From contig CAMBDS010000003.1 of assembly GCA_945865405.1 (NCBI GenBank), positions 143,436 through 207,435 on the forward strand: DNA of 64,000 bases, given 5' to 3'. A program made the position numbers and the translations under genes. A model generated the notes under the pieces. The model did no database searches, was not told the origin of the DNA, and saw nothing but the letters and a program-made list of their open reading frames with translations. Numbering within the stretch: the stretch's first letter is position 1; every line of letters starts with the position of its first letter. Positions 1 through 7,756 of the stretch are shown in pieces. Origin of the DNA: Caldithrix abyssi DSM 13497. Its GTDB lineage: Bacteria > Electryoneota > AABM5-125-24 > Hatepunaeales > Hatepunaeaceae.

Positions 1-402
1 CTCGAACAACTCATTGCGCAATAAATTTATGGCAACATTGGAATTGTCGGATTGGGAGAGCGGTTTAGGGGCGAGCTTGATATGTTCGGTCAGCTTGAAA
101 TTGCCCGCGTCATATGTGACGACCGGGTCCATGCCGTGAGGGATCTCGATCATCATCGATGTCCCCGGCAGGTTAAGCCCTCCGGCGCTTCCAAACGTAA
201 CCTCGGATTGAATCTCTATCGATTTGAAAGTATTACCTTCGATAGTAACATCTACCAACTCAACAGGAGGCGTGGTCACCGTAACATTTATGCTGTTTTC
301 GTTATTCACAATGGAAGACGAAAATTGTGGCAGGGTCGATGCGGAGACGTTGACCGTGAACACCGCAAGTACGACAAAAACGAGAATCCGCACTGGACTC
401 AT
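1..402 (-). CDS. Secreted protein, N-terminal 134 aa only (3' part lies beyond the window start); signal peptide plus an N-terminal domain resembling those of the C25-like paralogs
   Basis: Own reading of the minus strand (edge ORF, not in the track). ATG at 402..400 is preceded by GAGGA. Translation: MSPVRILVFVVLAVFTVNVSAS, then ...PPVELVDVTIEGNTFKSIEIQSEVTFGSAGGLNLPGTSMMIEIPHG... No stop codon down to nt 1 (all 134 codons checked). The G.P.LPG...IP pattern mirrors the N-termini of the 26055 and 11374 proteins. Confidence 0.55.
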   Translation of the reverse strand, partial: MSPVRILVFVVLAVFTVNVSASTLPQFSSSIVNNENSINVTVTTPPVELVDVTIEGNTFKSIEIQSEVTFGSAGGLNLPGTSMMIEIPHGMDPVVTYDAGNFKLTEHIKLAPKPLSQSDNSNVAINLLRNELFE

Positions 403-601
403 TTCATTCCTCACTAAAGTTTTCTTACCAATGAGATGTTATACGAAGGATTCGATGATCCTTGCAGGGAAAGATAATCCGAAATTTCCAAAACTGTCTC
501 AAATTAGCTAATCGTTATGCTAATATACGAGACCTTGCATGTTTACGATAATTAATTATTCGGATACAGAAATCAGATTAATTTGTGGTGAGATCAACAT
601 T

Positions 602-645
602 ACTCTCTTCGACTTTTCGCACAGATATCTGCGCAAAAAGAGAGT
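602..645. promoter_or_regulatory. Imperfect 44-nt palindrome, possible operator upstream of the 402 gene
   Basis: actctctt(cgac)ttttcgcacagat | atctgcgcaaaaagagagt, with a perfect 10-nt core cagatatctg. It lies about 200 nt upstream of the ATG at 402. Confidence 0.2.
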
Positions 646-715
646 GATCCTAGGAGAATATTTCGTACGGTTATTGAGTTTGCGGTTCTATAAATTCTAA
701 CTACTTGTGAAAGCT

Positions 716-739
716 CTCCCCCCTAATTGTAGGGGGGAG
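716..739 (-). terminator. Hairpin downstream of the lipoprotein gene
   Basis: ctcccccc-taattgta-ggggggag: an 8-bp G/C stem beginning 25 nt past the stop at 764. No U-tract. Confidence 0.45.
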
Positions 740-763
740 TTTGGTGCTTATCAACCCTCTGTG

Positions 764-1096
764 CTACTTGCCCAGCCTTTCAGCCTCAGCTTCAAGAATA
801 TTCTGTCGTTCTTCAGCTTTGCGCTTGGCGTCATCAGCGATTACTTTCGCTTCGACAGCAGTCTGGCGAGCTTCGAGAATTTTGTTGTCTCGAGCCAATT
901 CCTGTGCTTTTATCAGCAACTCTTCCGCCTTCATGTAGTCATCCGAAGCGCTGGCATCTGCGCCAACTTCTAACGCGTCATTAAGAGCCTTCTCAGCTTT
1001 CTTCAGCTCAACATCGGCGTTCGTTTCACAACCTGTAAGTCCTGCTGAAAACGTGATAAGCAGTGCGAGAAGCATCGCTTTTAGGGGGAATTTCAT
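764..1096 (-). CDS. Small helical lipoprotein (DUF4398-like)
   Basis: MKFPLKAMLLALLITFSAGLTGC lipobox, then an Ala/Glu/Lys-rich helical region (KKAEKALNDALEVGADASASDDYMKAEELLIKAQELA...). I prefer the ATG at 1096 (AAGGAG upstream) over the track start at 1126. Confidence 0.6.
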   Translation of the reverse strand: MKFPLKAMLLALLITFSAGLTGCETNADVELKKAEKALNDALEVGADASASDDYMKAEELLIKAQELARDNKILEARQTAVEAKVIADDAKRKAEERQNILEAEAERLGK

Positions 1097-1199
1097 TCGG
1101 TAGATTCTCCTTTGGTTCTTTATCAAAAACGGAGGTCGTGGGTCACGGCATCTTTGACCCGGAGGCGACTCAGAAGTTAGTTGTGTTGTGCAAGTCTAT

Positions 1200-2450
1200 T
1201 TAGTGGCCCGTTGCTTGCTGGGCCATACTCATCATGTTCCACATCGGCAGGAAGATAGCGAGCGCGAGAACGATCACCATTGCTCCCATACCAACGGTTA
1301 GGATCGGCTCTATCATTCCGGTTAGACCTTCGACGGTTGACTGGACTTCACCATCGTAATACTCACCGATGTTGCCAAGCATTTCGTCGATAGCACCGGA
1401 ATCCTCACCAACAGCGATCATACGCACGACCAGCGGTGGAAACAGTCCGGTTTCGGCAAGTGATACTGCTACGCCACGACCGTGCTCGATCCCCTCTGAT
1501 GCTTTAAGTAGCGCATCTCCGAGAACCTTGTTTCCGATGGTTCGCGAGACGACTTCGAAAATTTGCAGGATCGGAAGTCCTGATCTGGAAAGAGTTTCGA
1601 ACATCTTGGTAAATCTTGTCATCGCCGTCTTCATGACAAGGGGCCCGAAGATCGGTAATTTAAGAAGCGTTCCGTCCCACCAATACTGTCCTTTTTCAGT
1701 GGCAAGGTATCGTTTGAGAAAATAAACTCCGCCACCAACAACAATAATAATCGCCCACCAGTAATTTTGCATTATGTTGGCAATACCGATCAACAATTTG
1801 GTTGGTAAAGGCAGCTCCATGTTTATCTGCTCGAATACCTTGGCGAACTTCGGTACGACAAAAGAAACCAACACAAGGAATGCTACCACCATACCGCTGA
1901 CGACGATAATCGGGTAACGAAGCGCTCCCTTGACTGATTTGCGAATCTCAAAGTCCCGCTGCATAACGCCCGTTAGCCTTGTCAATACTTCGTCGAGCAC
2001 ACCGCCAACCTCACCCGCTCGAACAGCGTTGCAATAGAGTTCGCTAAAGACTTTGGGGTGTTTATTCAGAGCGGCTGAAAAATCGTTACCTGCCGCGATA
2101 TCGGTTGCAACAGTGATAAGAGTCTCGCCAAATGCCGGGTTACCAGCTTGACCAGCGAGGGTCTCGAGCGAGGATAAAATCGGTACACCAGCCTTCAACA
2201 AAGTTACAAGCTGTTTTGTGAAGTCGATGATGTCGCGTTCGCTGACCTTTTTGCGCTTTGCCCCGGCATTCGTAGCAGGAAGGGCAATTTTAGCCGTATT
2301 CTTTCCCTTCGCATCGGACTGGCTGACGCGAAGCGGCATCAAGTCTTGTCCCTCGAGCAGTCGTTCTGCAGCGCTCTGATCTGCGGCGTCTATCGAGCCG
2401 GAAACCTCGCGCCCTTGCTCGTTAATCGCGGCGTAAGTGAAAGATGGCAT
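1200..2450 (-). CDS. Type II secretion / type IV pilus platform protein, GspF/PilC family
   Basis: 416 aa. Two T2SS-F repeats (FTKQLVTLLKAGVPILSSLETL...; FTKMFETLSRSGLPILQIFEVV...) and three TM segments, the typical PilC/GspF length and layout. No pilB/pilT/pilin gene is adjacent. Confidence 0.85.
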   Translation of the reverse strand: MPSFTYAAINEQGREVSGSIDAADQSAAERLLEGQDLMPLRVSQSDAKGKNTAKIALPATNAGAKRKKVSERDIIDFTKQLVTLLKAGVPILSSLETLAGQAGNPAFGETLITVATDIAAGNDFSAALNKHPKVFSELYCNAVRAGEVGGVLDEVLTRLTGVMQRDFEIRKSVKGALRYPIIVVSGMVVAFLVLVSFVVPKFAKVFEQINMELPLPTKLLIGIANIMQNYWWAIIIVVGGGVYFLKRYLATEKGQYWWDGTLLKLPIFGPLVMKTAMTRFTKMFETLSRSGLPILQIFEVVSRTIGNKVLGDALLKASEGIEHGRGVAVSLAETGLFPPLVVRMIAVGEDSGAIDEMLGNIGEYYDGEVQSTVEGLTGMIEPILTVGMGAMVIVLALAIFLPMWNMMSMAQQATGH

Positions 2451-2583
2451 GTTTGGGTTAGGTTCTGCTTTCTGTTAATTTTGTCGGGAATGCAAATTGT
2501 AAAATACTGTTTAATAGAGAGCTATATTCTTTACGATGTTACTTCGATTCACTGGTTAAGTAACCTCTCTTATTCAAAAGTTC

Positions 2584-2964
2584 CTAGATGTAACGGAAAG
2601 CACTCTCCGTTTGTACCATTGCCTCAGTAGCCACTTCAAAGGAAATTTCTCTCGAATCATCAGGATATCTTGAAGTCACTGCATAAGGAAAAAGGTTATT
2701 GGCAGTTTCAATAAAAATAGTGAGCTCCGGCTCTTCCACTATGCATTCTTCCAACAGAAATGGGAGATAGTGTGACTTGTGGATATGCTTAAGCCTCGAT
2801 ACAAGAACTGCCTTAAAACATTTTTCTATGCATTGCTGGCAATGGAATGTAGCCAATTCTGTTATTGGCGATACATCGTTCATGTCGTTCCGAGCAGACC
2901 GTAGGTCATGCTCAGCTTTTATCATCCATCGCATCACTAATTCTTGTAACTCGTCAGGCATCAA
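2584..2964 (-). CDS. HEPN domain protein (putative RNase toxin of an MNT-HEPN pair)
   Basis: 126 aa. Reads ...WMIKAEHDLRSA..., an Rx4H-type motif RLKHIH, HKSHYLPFLLEEC, and SRYPDD. Overlaps the upstream MNT gene by 11 nt. Confidence 0.8.
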   Translation of the reverse strand: MMPDELQELVMRWMIKAEHDLRSARNDMNDVSPITELATFHCQQCIEKCFKAVLVSRLKHIHKSHYLPFLLEECIVEEPELTIFIETANNLFPYAVTSRYPDDSREISFEVATEAMVQTESAFRYI

Positions 2965-3295
2965 TCAGACACCCTGTCTCGAAAACCTCACGTGCCAGAC
3001 TCATTGGAAGAAATTTGCGTCTATTAAATTCTACTGAACTCATTATAAATAAATCCATCGAAAAGTCATGCTTGGCAAAAGATCGGACGACTTTCATCTT
3101 GACCTCACTTTTGGGCAAAGGCCCGTCATAAATCACAAGAAAATCATAATCGCTTTCATCGTTCCAGGTTCCATCGGCTCGAGACCCGAAGAGGTAAATG
3201 CAACTTGGGCTTATTGCATTGATTATTGTCCGGACTATTCGCGCAAGAGTCGGATCTGAATCTGCTTTAATTTGTCGGATCGACTCAATGGGCAT
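2954..3295 (-). CDS. Minimal nucleotidyltransferase (MNT, antitoxin partner of HEPN)
   Basis: IYLFGSRADGTWNDESDYDFLVIY matches the GSx10-11(D/E)xD NTase motif. I prefer the start at MPIESIRQ (3295) over the track start at 3394, which would run 110 nt into the regulator gene. Confidence 0.8.
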   Translation of the reverse strand: MPIESIRQIKADSDPTLARIVRTIINAISPSCIYLFGSRADGTWNDESDYDFLVIYDGPLPKSEVKMKVVRSFAKHDFSMDLFIMSSVEFNRRKFLPMSLAREVFETGCLIDA

Positions 3296-4742
3296 TTCTG
3301 TGATCCTTAAAAGACAATCCGTGCTCTTCCATTTTCTTGTAGAGCGTCCCCCTTGCGATCCCCAGCCGCCTTGCCGCCAATGCAATGTTGCCATTGGTAG
3401 CTTCGATAGCCTGTTTTACAGCATCGCGTTCGATATCGGCAAGCGTCCGGATTGATTCGCCTCCCATCCCATCCGACAATTCCTGATCCTCATCGTCCAC
3501 TTCGAGGGTCGAAGGTATCGCCAGTTCCCTATGTAAGTCCTGCCAATCAGATTGCGATGGAAAATCCGATGGCTTCAATTCGATGCCATCACTTAAAAGT
3601 AACGCACGCTCAACCGCATTCTCTAACTCTCTGATATTGCCGGGCCATTGATACCTAAGCAATAGATCCAACGTATCGCTGTGGATGGCTCGCACCTGCC
3701 GGTTATTGCGAATTGCCGCGTCCATGAGGAAATTGTACGCCAATAGAATAGCATCTTCTCCGCGTTCACGCAATGGCGGAAGCTTAATTGGAAAAACATT
3801 TATCCGATAATAAAGATCGGTGCGAAACGATCCCGCCGCAACCATAGTCTCAAGATTTCGATGAGTAGCCGTAATCAGTCTGACGTCAACTTGAATCGAT
3901 TGTGATCCACCTACCCGCTCAAATTCCCCGTATTCTATTACTCGCAATAATTTAGCCTGCAACGAGGGCGTCATCTCGCCGATTTCATCGAGGAACAAAG
4001 TCCCGGTATGAGCCAGCTCAAACTTCCCGATAGACCTTTGAATAGCGCCTGTGAAAGCCCCTTTTTCATGCCCGAAGAACTGGCTCTCAAGTAAACCCTC
4101 CGGAACTGCCGCGCAATTAACCGTAATGAAAGGCTTCTTCGACCGCACAGATGTCGAGTGGATCATCCTTGCGACAAGCTCTTTCCCGGTACCTGATTCC
4201 CCGGTAATGAGCACCGGAACCTTGCTACCTACGACCCGTTTCAACCGCTCATGCACTTCACGCATCAGGGTATGATTGCTCAGAATTCTGTCGAAGCCAA
4301 AGTTCCTTATTAACTCTTCCCGCACCGATTTGGCGCGGCTCAACCACTGATTACCTTGCAAAATACTTAACGAGACGTGGATCAACTCGACCTCATCTTC
4401 CGGAAGCTGAAAGACACGCGGGTAGCCAAGATTGTACAGCTCGGCAGCATCCGATTCCGAGTCCCCCGTCGAAACTGCAAGCAGTGGTATCTCAGGACGC
4501 ACTTTCTTTAGCTTCGTCGCAAGGGCGATCCCACTGAAAAGCGGGAGTTTAAGCTGCGTAATTACAAGATCGACGCGTTGCAAAGCGATGATGTGAAGAG
4601 CTGTATCCCCCGAAGATGCCCGATCAATCGTGACCAACCCACCCAATCCTTTTTCGACCAGATTGCTTAACCTTTTCCCTGAATCGACCACAAGCACTTT
4701 GTTTACTTCCGGTCGTAAGATTGCTGGCTCAAATCGACTCAT
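3285..4742 (-). CDS. Sigma-54-dependent transcriptional activator (NtrC/Fis family) with an atypical receiver domain
   Basis: AAA+ core with GESGTGKE (Walker A), the GAFTGA loop (EKGAFTGA), DEIGEM (Walker B) and an RELEN sensor. C-terminal Fis-type HTH ([21 protein letters not shown]). In the N-terminal receiver-like domain, Gln sits at the phospho-acceptor position ([11 protein letters not shown]). Confidence 0.9.
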   Translation of the reverse strand: MSRFEPAILRPEVNKVLVVDSGKRLSNLVEKGLGGLVTIDRASSGDTALHIIALQRVDLVITQLKLPLFSGIALATKLKKVRPEIPLLAVSTGDSESDAAELYNLGYPRVFQLPEDEVELIHVSLSILQGNQWLSRAKSVREELIRNFGFDRILSNHTLMREVHERLKRVVGSKVPVLITGESGTGKELVARMIHSTSVRSKKPFITVNCAAVPEGLLESQFFGHEKGAFTGAIQRSIGKFELAHTGTLFLDEIGEMTPSLQAKLLRVIEYGEFERVGGSQSIQVDVRLITATHRNLETMVAAGSFRTDLYYRINVFPIKLPPLRERGEDAILLAYNFLMDAAIRNNRQVRAIHSDTLDLLLRYQWPGNIRELENAVERALLLSDGIELKPSDFPSQSDWQDLHRELAIPSTLEVDDEDQELSDGMGGESIRTLADIERDAVKQAIEATNGNIALAARRLGIARGTLYKKMEEHGLSFKDHRNAH

Positions 4743-6466
4743 ATATCCCGTTCGGCCATTGCTCTAAACCCTGCCCTGATCGGGATCAGTAAGGCCAGAC
4801 AGTTAATTACAAGAATTGCCGCCAATGACGTCAACACCCTATCAAGCGGGAAAGGCGATCTACCAAGTAGATACAAGAAATAACCTCTTGCAGGCCAGGC
4901 CATCACTGCCACCATGATTCCAACATAAATCAACGATATTACAACCGTTAGGACTCCACCGGGAGTAGATGCTATCCGCATGGGAGACTCCTCCTTAAAG
5001 TCCGGGAATATCGCCCCCATACCAATTGCCAGACCGGTCAACGTTGCCCCCATCAGGAACGTCCCTGTCGTCATCAGAACCATCATCGCGCCGCGTACAT
5101 GCAGCACATGGCTCGATATATATACGATAAGTTCGCACAATCCCATAAACACTATGAAAGCAAGCGCAAATTTCTCAATAAATAACATCCTTGTAGTAAC
5201 CGGCGCCGCCTTAACAACCCAATACCCTTTCCCTTCAAGACTTACCAGAGGAAAGACAAACCTGACCGAAAGTGTCGCAAGTATGAAACCGGTAAAAGAG
5301 AAGTTCAGGAACAAAACCAGCGTCTTCCAATATGGAGCTTCGAAGTTAAATCGACTCGATACGTAAATCAGGTTCAGAAGGTAAATTATTAAAAAAGCGA
5401 TAAGGATCATAAACTGCGCCCACTGGCTAGGTGACCTTAAAAATTGCAGGAGATCCTTCCGCAACATCGCTCCGGCAGGATTGGGAAATAAGCCGTTCTG
5501 AAACTTGTTCGCCAGATGAGGAGGCTCACCTCTCTCCTTTTGGCCAATTATTTCACCGAAAGAAGTCCAGCTTTCATAATAGTACATCCCCGCAAACAGC
5601 CCTATCCAACGGAGCCATACAATGGAGGTCACTGTTAAAAGTCCAAGGAGAAAAATCGCTCGATTGGGATCGCCTCTGCTTACCGATTTCATAGCTGTCG
5701 TCAACCAGGTACTCGGCATCAACGGAACTCCGCCATCCCTCGAGAGCCCTGAAACATACCGCTCGATGGTAGAGGTTCGCGCCGCCCCTTCGACAATAAA
5801 CTGCCTGTTGCGATTAAGTGCTGTCAAAGCTATCGCACCGGCAACGAGTAACAGAACGACTCCCATTGCCACAGAGGAACTCGTCTTTCGAGCGATGTAG
5901 ATCAATCCCATCAACCCGACCGTTCCAATGATCGCCGAGATGACAATCATCGGCCATAAGCCGAGTAATATCGCCCCGATCACCCAAAGTGGGTTGACAT
6001 CGAATGTTGTCCCCCATGCAATGATGAGCGGCACACCCAACACCGCCAACGACCAGGAAGAGTACGCAAGATTATCGGAGAATTGGTTGAGAAATATCTT
6101 CCTTACAGGGATCGGACGAGTCATCATAAAGATGATCTCGTTCGACTTGTAAAGGGTTGCTATACCAGTGATCAAATTGCTGACGATCAGCATCGCAAAT
6201 ACTGTCGTCAACGTCATGCCGACCACCCGCCAGAGGAGCGGTTCGCCGATCCCCTCCAACTCGAGAAGGCTCTGAAACACTTTTTGAAAAAAGATCGTGG
6301 CTGCGACTGAAAAACCGACGATTATTACAAAAGCGATTAACTTGCCGACCCGGACACTCCAGCGGTCAAGCTTATAGCCTCCCCACAACGCCCGCAATCT
6401 CCAGCCAAGCTCTGACTTGGGAAAATTACTCAACTTCCGTGCCGGATTGATTGCGCCAAGACACAA
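4739..6466 (-). CDS. Polytopic ABC exporter permease (ABC-2-like / putative ABC exporter family)
   Basis: 575 aa with more than 12 hydrophobic segments. Lies 61 nt downstream of the ABC ATPase and overlaps the regulator gene by 4 nt. Confidence 0.6.
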   Translation of the reverse strand: MCLGAINPARKLSNFPKSELGWRLRALWGGYKLDRWSVRVGKLIAFVIIVGFSVAATIFFQKVFQSLLELEGIGEPLLWRVVGMTLTTVFAMLIVSNLITGIATLYKSNEIIFMMTRPIPVRKIFLNQFSDNLAYSSWSLAVLGVPLIIAWGTTFDVNPLWVIGAILLGLWPMIVISAIIGTVGLMGLIYIARKTSSSVAMGVVLLLVAGAIALTALNRNRQFIVEGAARTSTIERYVSGLSRDGGVPLMPSTWLTTAMKSVSRGDPNRAIFLLGLLTVTSIVWLRWIGLFAGMYYYESWTSFGEIIGQKERGEPPHLANKFQNGLFPNPAGAMLRKDLLQFLRSPSQWAQFMILIAFLIIYLLNLIYVSSRFNFEAPYWKTLVLFLNFSFTGFILATLSVRFVFPLVSLEGKGYWVVKAAPVTTRMLFIEKFALAFIVFMGLCELIVYISSHVLHVRGAMMVLMTTGTFLMGATLTGLAIGMGAIFPDFKEESPMRIASTPGGVLTVVISLIYVGIMVAVMAWPARGYFLYLLGRSPFPLDRVLTSLAAILVINCLALLIPIRAGFRAMAERDI

Positions 6467-6527
6467 CTATCATTAAGCGTTGCAAGGAGATCGAAGATCC
6501 TGAAATCAATACGATTATAATAATTTG

Positions 6528-7187
6528 TCAAAGAGCGTTCTCCCCTTGGGTCACAAACATATATGCCGCCTCAAGGTTTTCGCCCTCCCTCCTCACCTCA
6601 TCGAGTCTGCCACAAGCTACCAATTTGCCGCGGTGAATTATCCCGACACGGTCGCAAAGCTCCTCCGCATCGGTAAGGGTATGCGTCGAAAGAAACGCCG
6701 ATCCACCGGCATCGACAAAATCACGCAACACTTTTTTCACCATCCGCATCGCCGCCGGATCAAGTCCGATCATCGGTTCATCGACCAGAATAACCTTGGG
6801 GTCGTGAAGAAATGCCGAAGCCATCACAATCCGTTGCTTCATTCCATGCGAGTACTGCCCTGCTCGCCGGTCAGCCCAGTCGGTGATCTGAAACAGCGAC
6901 AGGAGATGGGCGACCTTATCGAGTGTCGTTTGCAAATCCATCTTGTAAAGCCCGGCACAGTAATGAAGAAACTCCCGTCCGGTTAAGGTTTCGTAGATAT
7001 ATGGATTATCGGGAATAAACCCCAGCAAATGCTTCGCAGCCAATGAATCACTCTGGATATCGTGTCCGCCAACCATCACCCGGCCCGATGAAGGCTTGAC
7101 CAGACCGGTGGCTAATTTCATCGCCGTCGTTTTTCCAGCACCATTAGGGCCAAGACAACCAAACAGTTCTCCGGGCGGAATCGTCAA
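6528..7187 (-). CDS. ABC transporter ATP-binding protein (the conserved N-terminus continues upstream to about 7253)
   Basis: Walker A GPNGAGKTT, Q-loop, signature YSHGMKQR, Walker B ILVDEP. The TTG at 7187 is the first canonical start. However, the in-frame upstream sequence ISIFFDHVSKNYNGVSALSDFS encodes the usual first beta-strands and the A-loop Tyr (see finding). Confidence 0.9.
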   Translation of the reverse strand: MTIPPGELFGCLGPNGAGKTTAMKLATGLVKPSSGRVMVGGHDIQSDSLAAKHLLGFIPDNPYIYETLTGREFLHYCAGLYKMDLQTTLDKVAHLLSLFQITDWADRRAGQYSHGMKQRIVMASAFLHDPKVILVDEPMIGLDPAAMRMVKKVLRDFVDAGGSAFLSTHTLTDAEELCDRVGIIHRGKLVACGRLDEVRREGENLEAAYMFVTQGENAL

Positions 7188-7416
7188 TGAGAAATCTGAA
7201 AGAGCACTTACGCCATTATAGTTCTTTGAGACGTGATCGAAAAAAATTGAAATTGAGTAGCCCCGCCTGTTTGCTGAAATCGAGAACGTTTAGGTAAAAC
7301 GCGGTTTGATCTGATTCACTGACCTAACTTGAGAATATACTGCTCAACTACCAAAAAGTCAACCGCCGATTATACCGTGATTTTACTGTGTGAAGGTGAA
7401 ATGAGAGGTACAAAGC

Positions 7417-7445
7417 TTGACGAGAGGCTAATCTGCCCATATATT
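7417..7445 (+). promoter_or_regulatory. Sigma-70-type promoter for the tRNA genes
   Basis: TTGACG (7417-7422), a 17-nt spacer, then TATATT (7440-7445), about 40 nt upstream of tRNA-His. Confidence 0.45.
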
Positions 7446-7486
7446 TATTTTTTTCGGGAGAGGCGCTTACGGACTTCGCCCGTCGA

Positions 7487-7562
7487 TGGTGGGTGTAGCT
7501 CAGTTTGGTTAGAGCGCCAGGTTGTGGCCCTGGAGGCCGTGGGTTCAAGTCCCATCACTCAC
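7487..7562 (+). tRNA. tRNA-His (anticodon GTG)
   Basis: Hand-folded cloverleaf. Encoded G-1, acceptor GTGGGTG/CACTCAC, D-arm GCTC/GAGC, anticodon stem CCAGG/CCTGG with loop TTGTGGC, T-arm GTGGG-TTCAAGT-CCCAT, discriminator C. CCA is not encoded. Confidence 0.9.
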
Positions 7563-7629
7563 CCGACTGCAGATTGCAGATTGAAGAGTGTCAATCTATT
7601 ACCTGCACGTTTTTTTGTTTTTCTGTTCT

Positions 7630-7700
7630 GGCCTCATCGTTCAGTGGTAGGACACGAGGTTTTCGACCTTGCGACGGGAGTTCAATTCTCCCTGGGGCCA
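7630..7700 (+). tRNA. tRNA-Glu (anticodon TTC)
   Basis: Acceptor GGCCTCA/TGGGGCC, 3-bp D-stem GTT/GAC, anticodon stem CGAGG/CCTTG with loop TTTTCGA, T-arm GGGAG-TTCAATT-CTCCC, discriminator A. CCA is not encoded. Confidence 0.85.
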
Positions 7701-7708
7701 CTCAATCT

Positions 7709-7736
7709 AAAACGCCCACCTTCCGGTGGGCGTTTT
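7709..7736. terminator. Bidirectional intrinsic terminator
   Basis: aaaacgcccacc-ttcc-ggtgggcgtttt. Sits between the convergent tRNA-Glu (+) and the 7757 gene (-), with A/T runs on both sides. Confidence 0.7.
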
Positions 7737-7756
7737 CTGCTCTAATGATCGACAAC

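Noticed and set aside
52-417. Track ORF of 121 aa on the plus strand at the left edge
   Set aside because: It has no recognisable motif and an odd composition (His/Arg/Cys-rich). It is fully antisense to a much better minus-strand ORF with SD, signal peptide and family resemblance (1..402).
3296-3394. Long version of the MNT ORF (track start at 3394)
   Set aside because: It would overlap the regulator gene by 110 nt and add a Trp/Gly/Arg-rich leader with no homology. The internal ATG at 3295 gives the normal MNT length.
7577-7615. Terminator between tRNA-His and tRNA-Glu (agattga-agagtg-tcaatct, then a T7 run)
   Set aside because: The stem is A/T-rich and the T-run starts 13 nt after it. 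It is more likely a processing spacer of a two-tRNA transcript.
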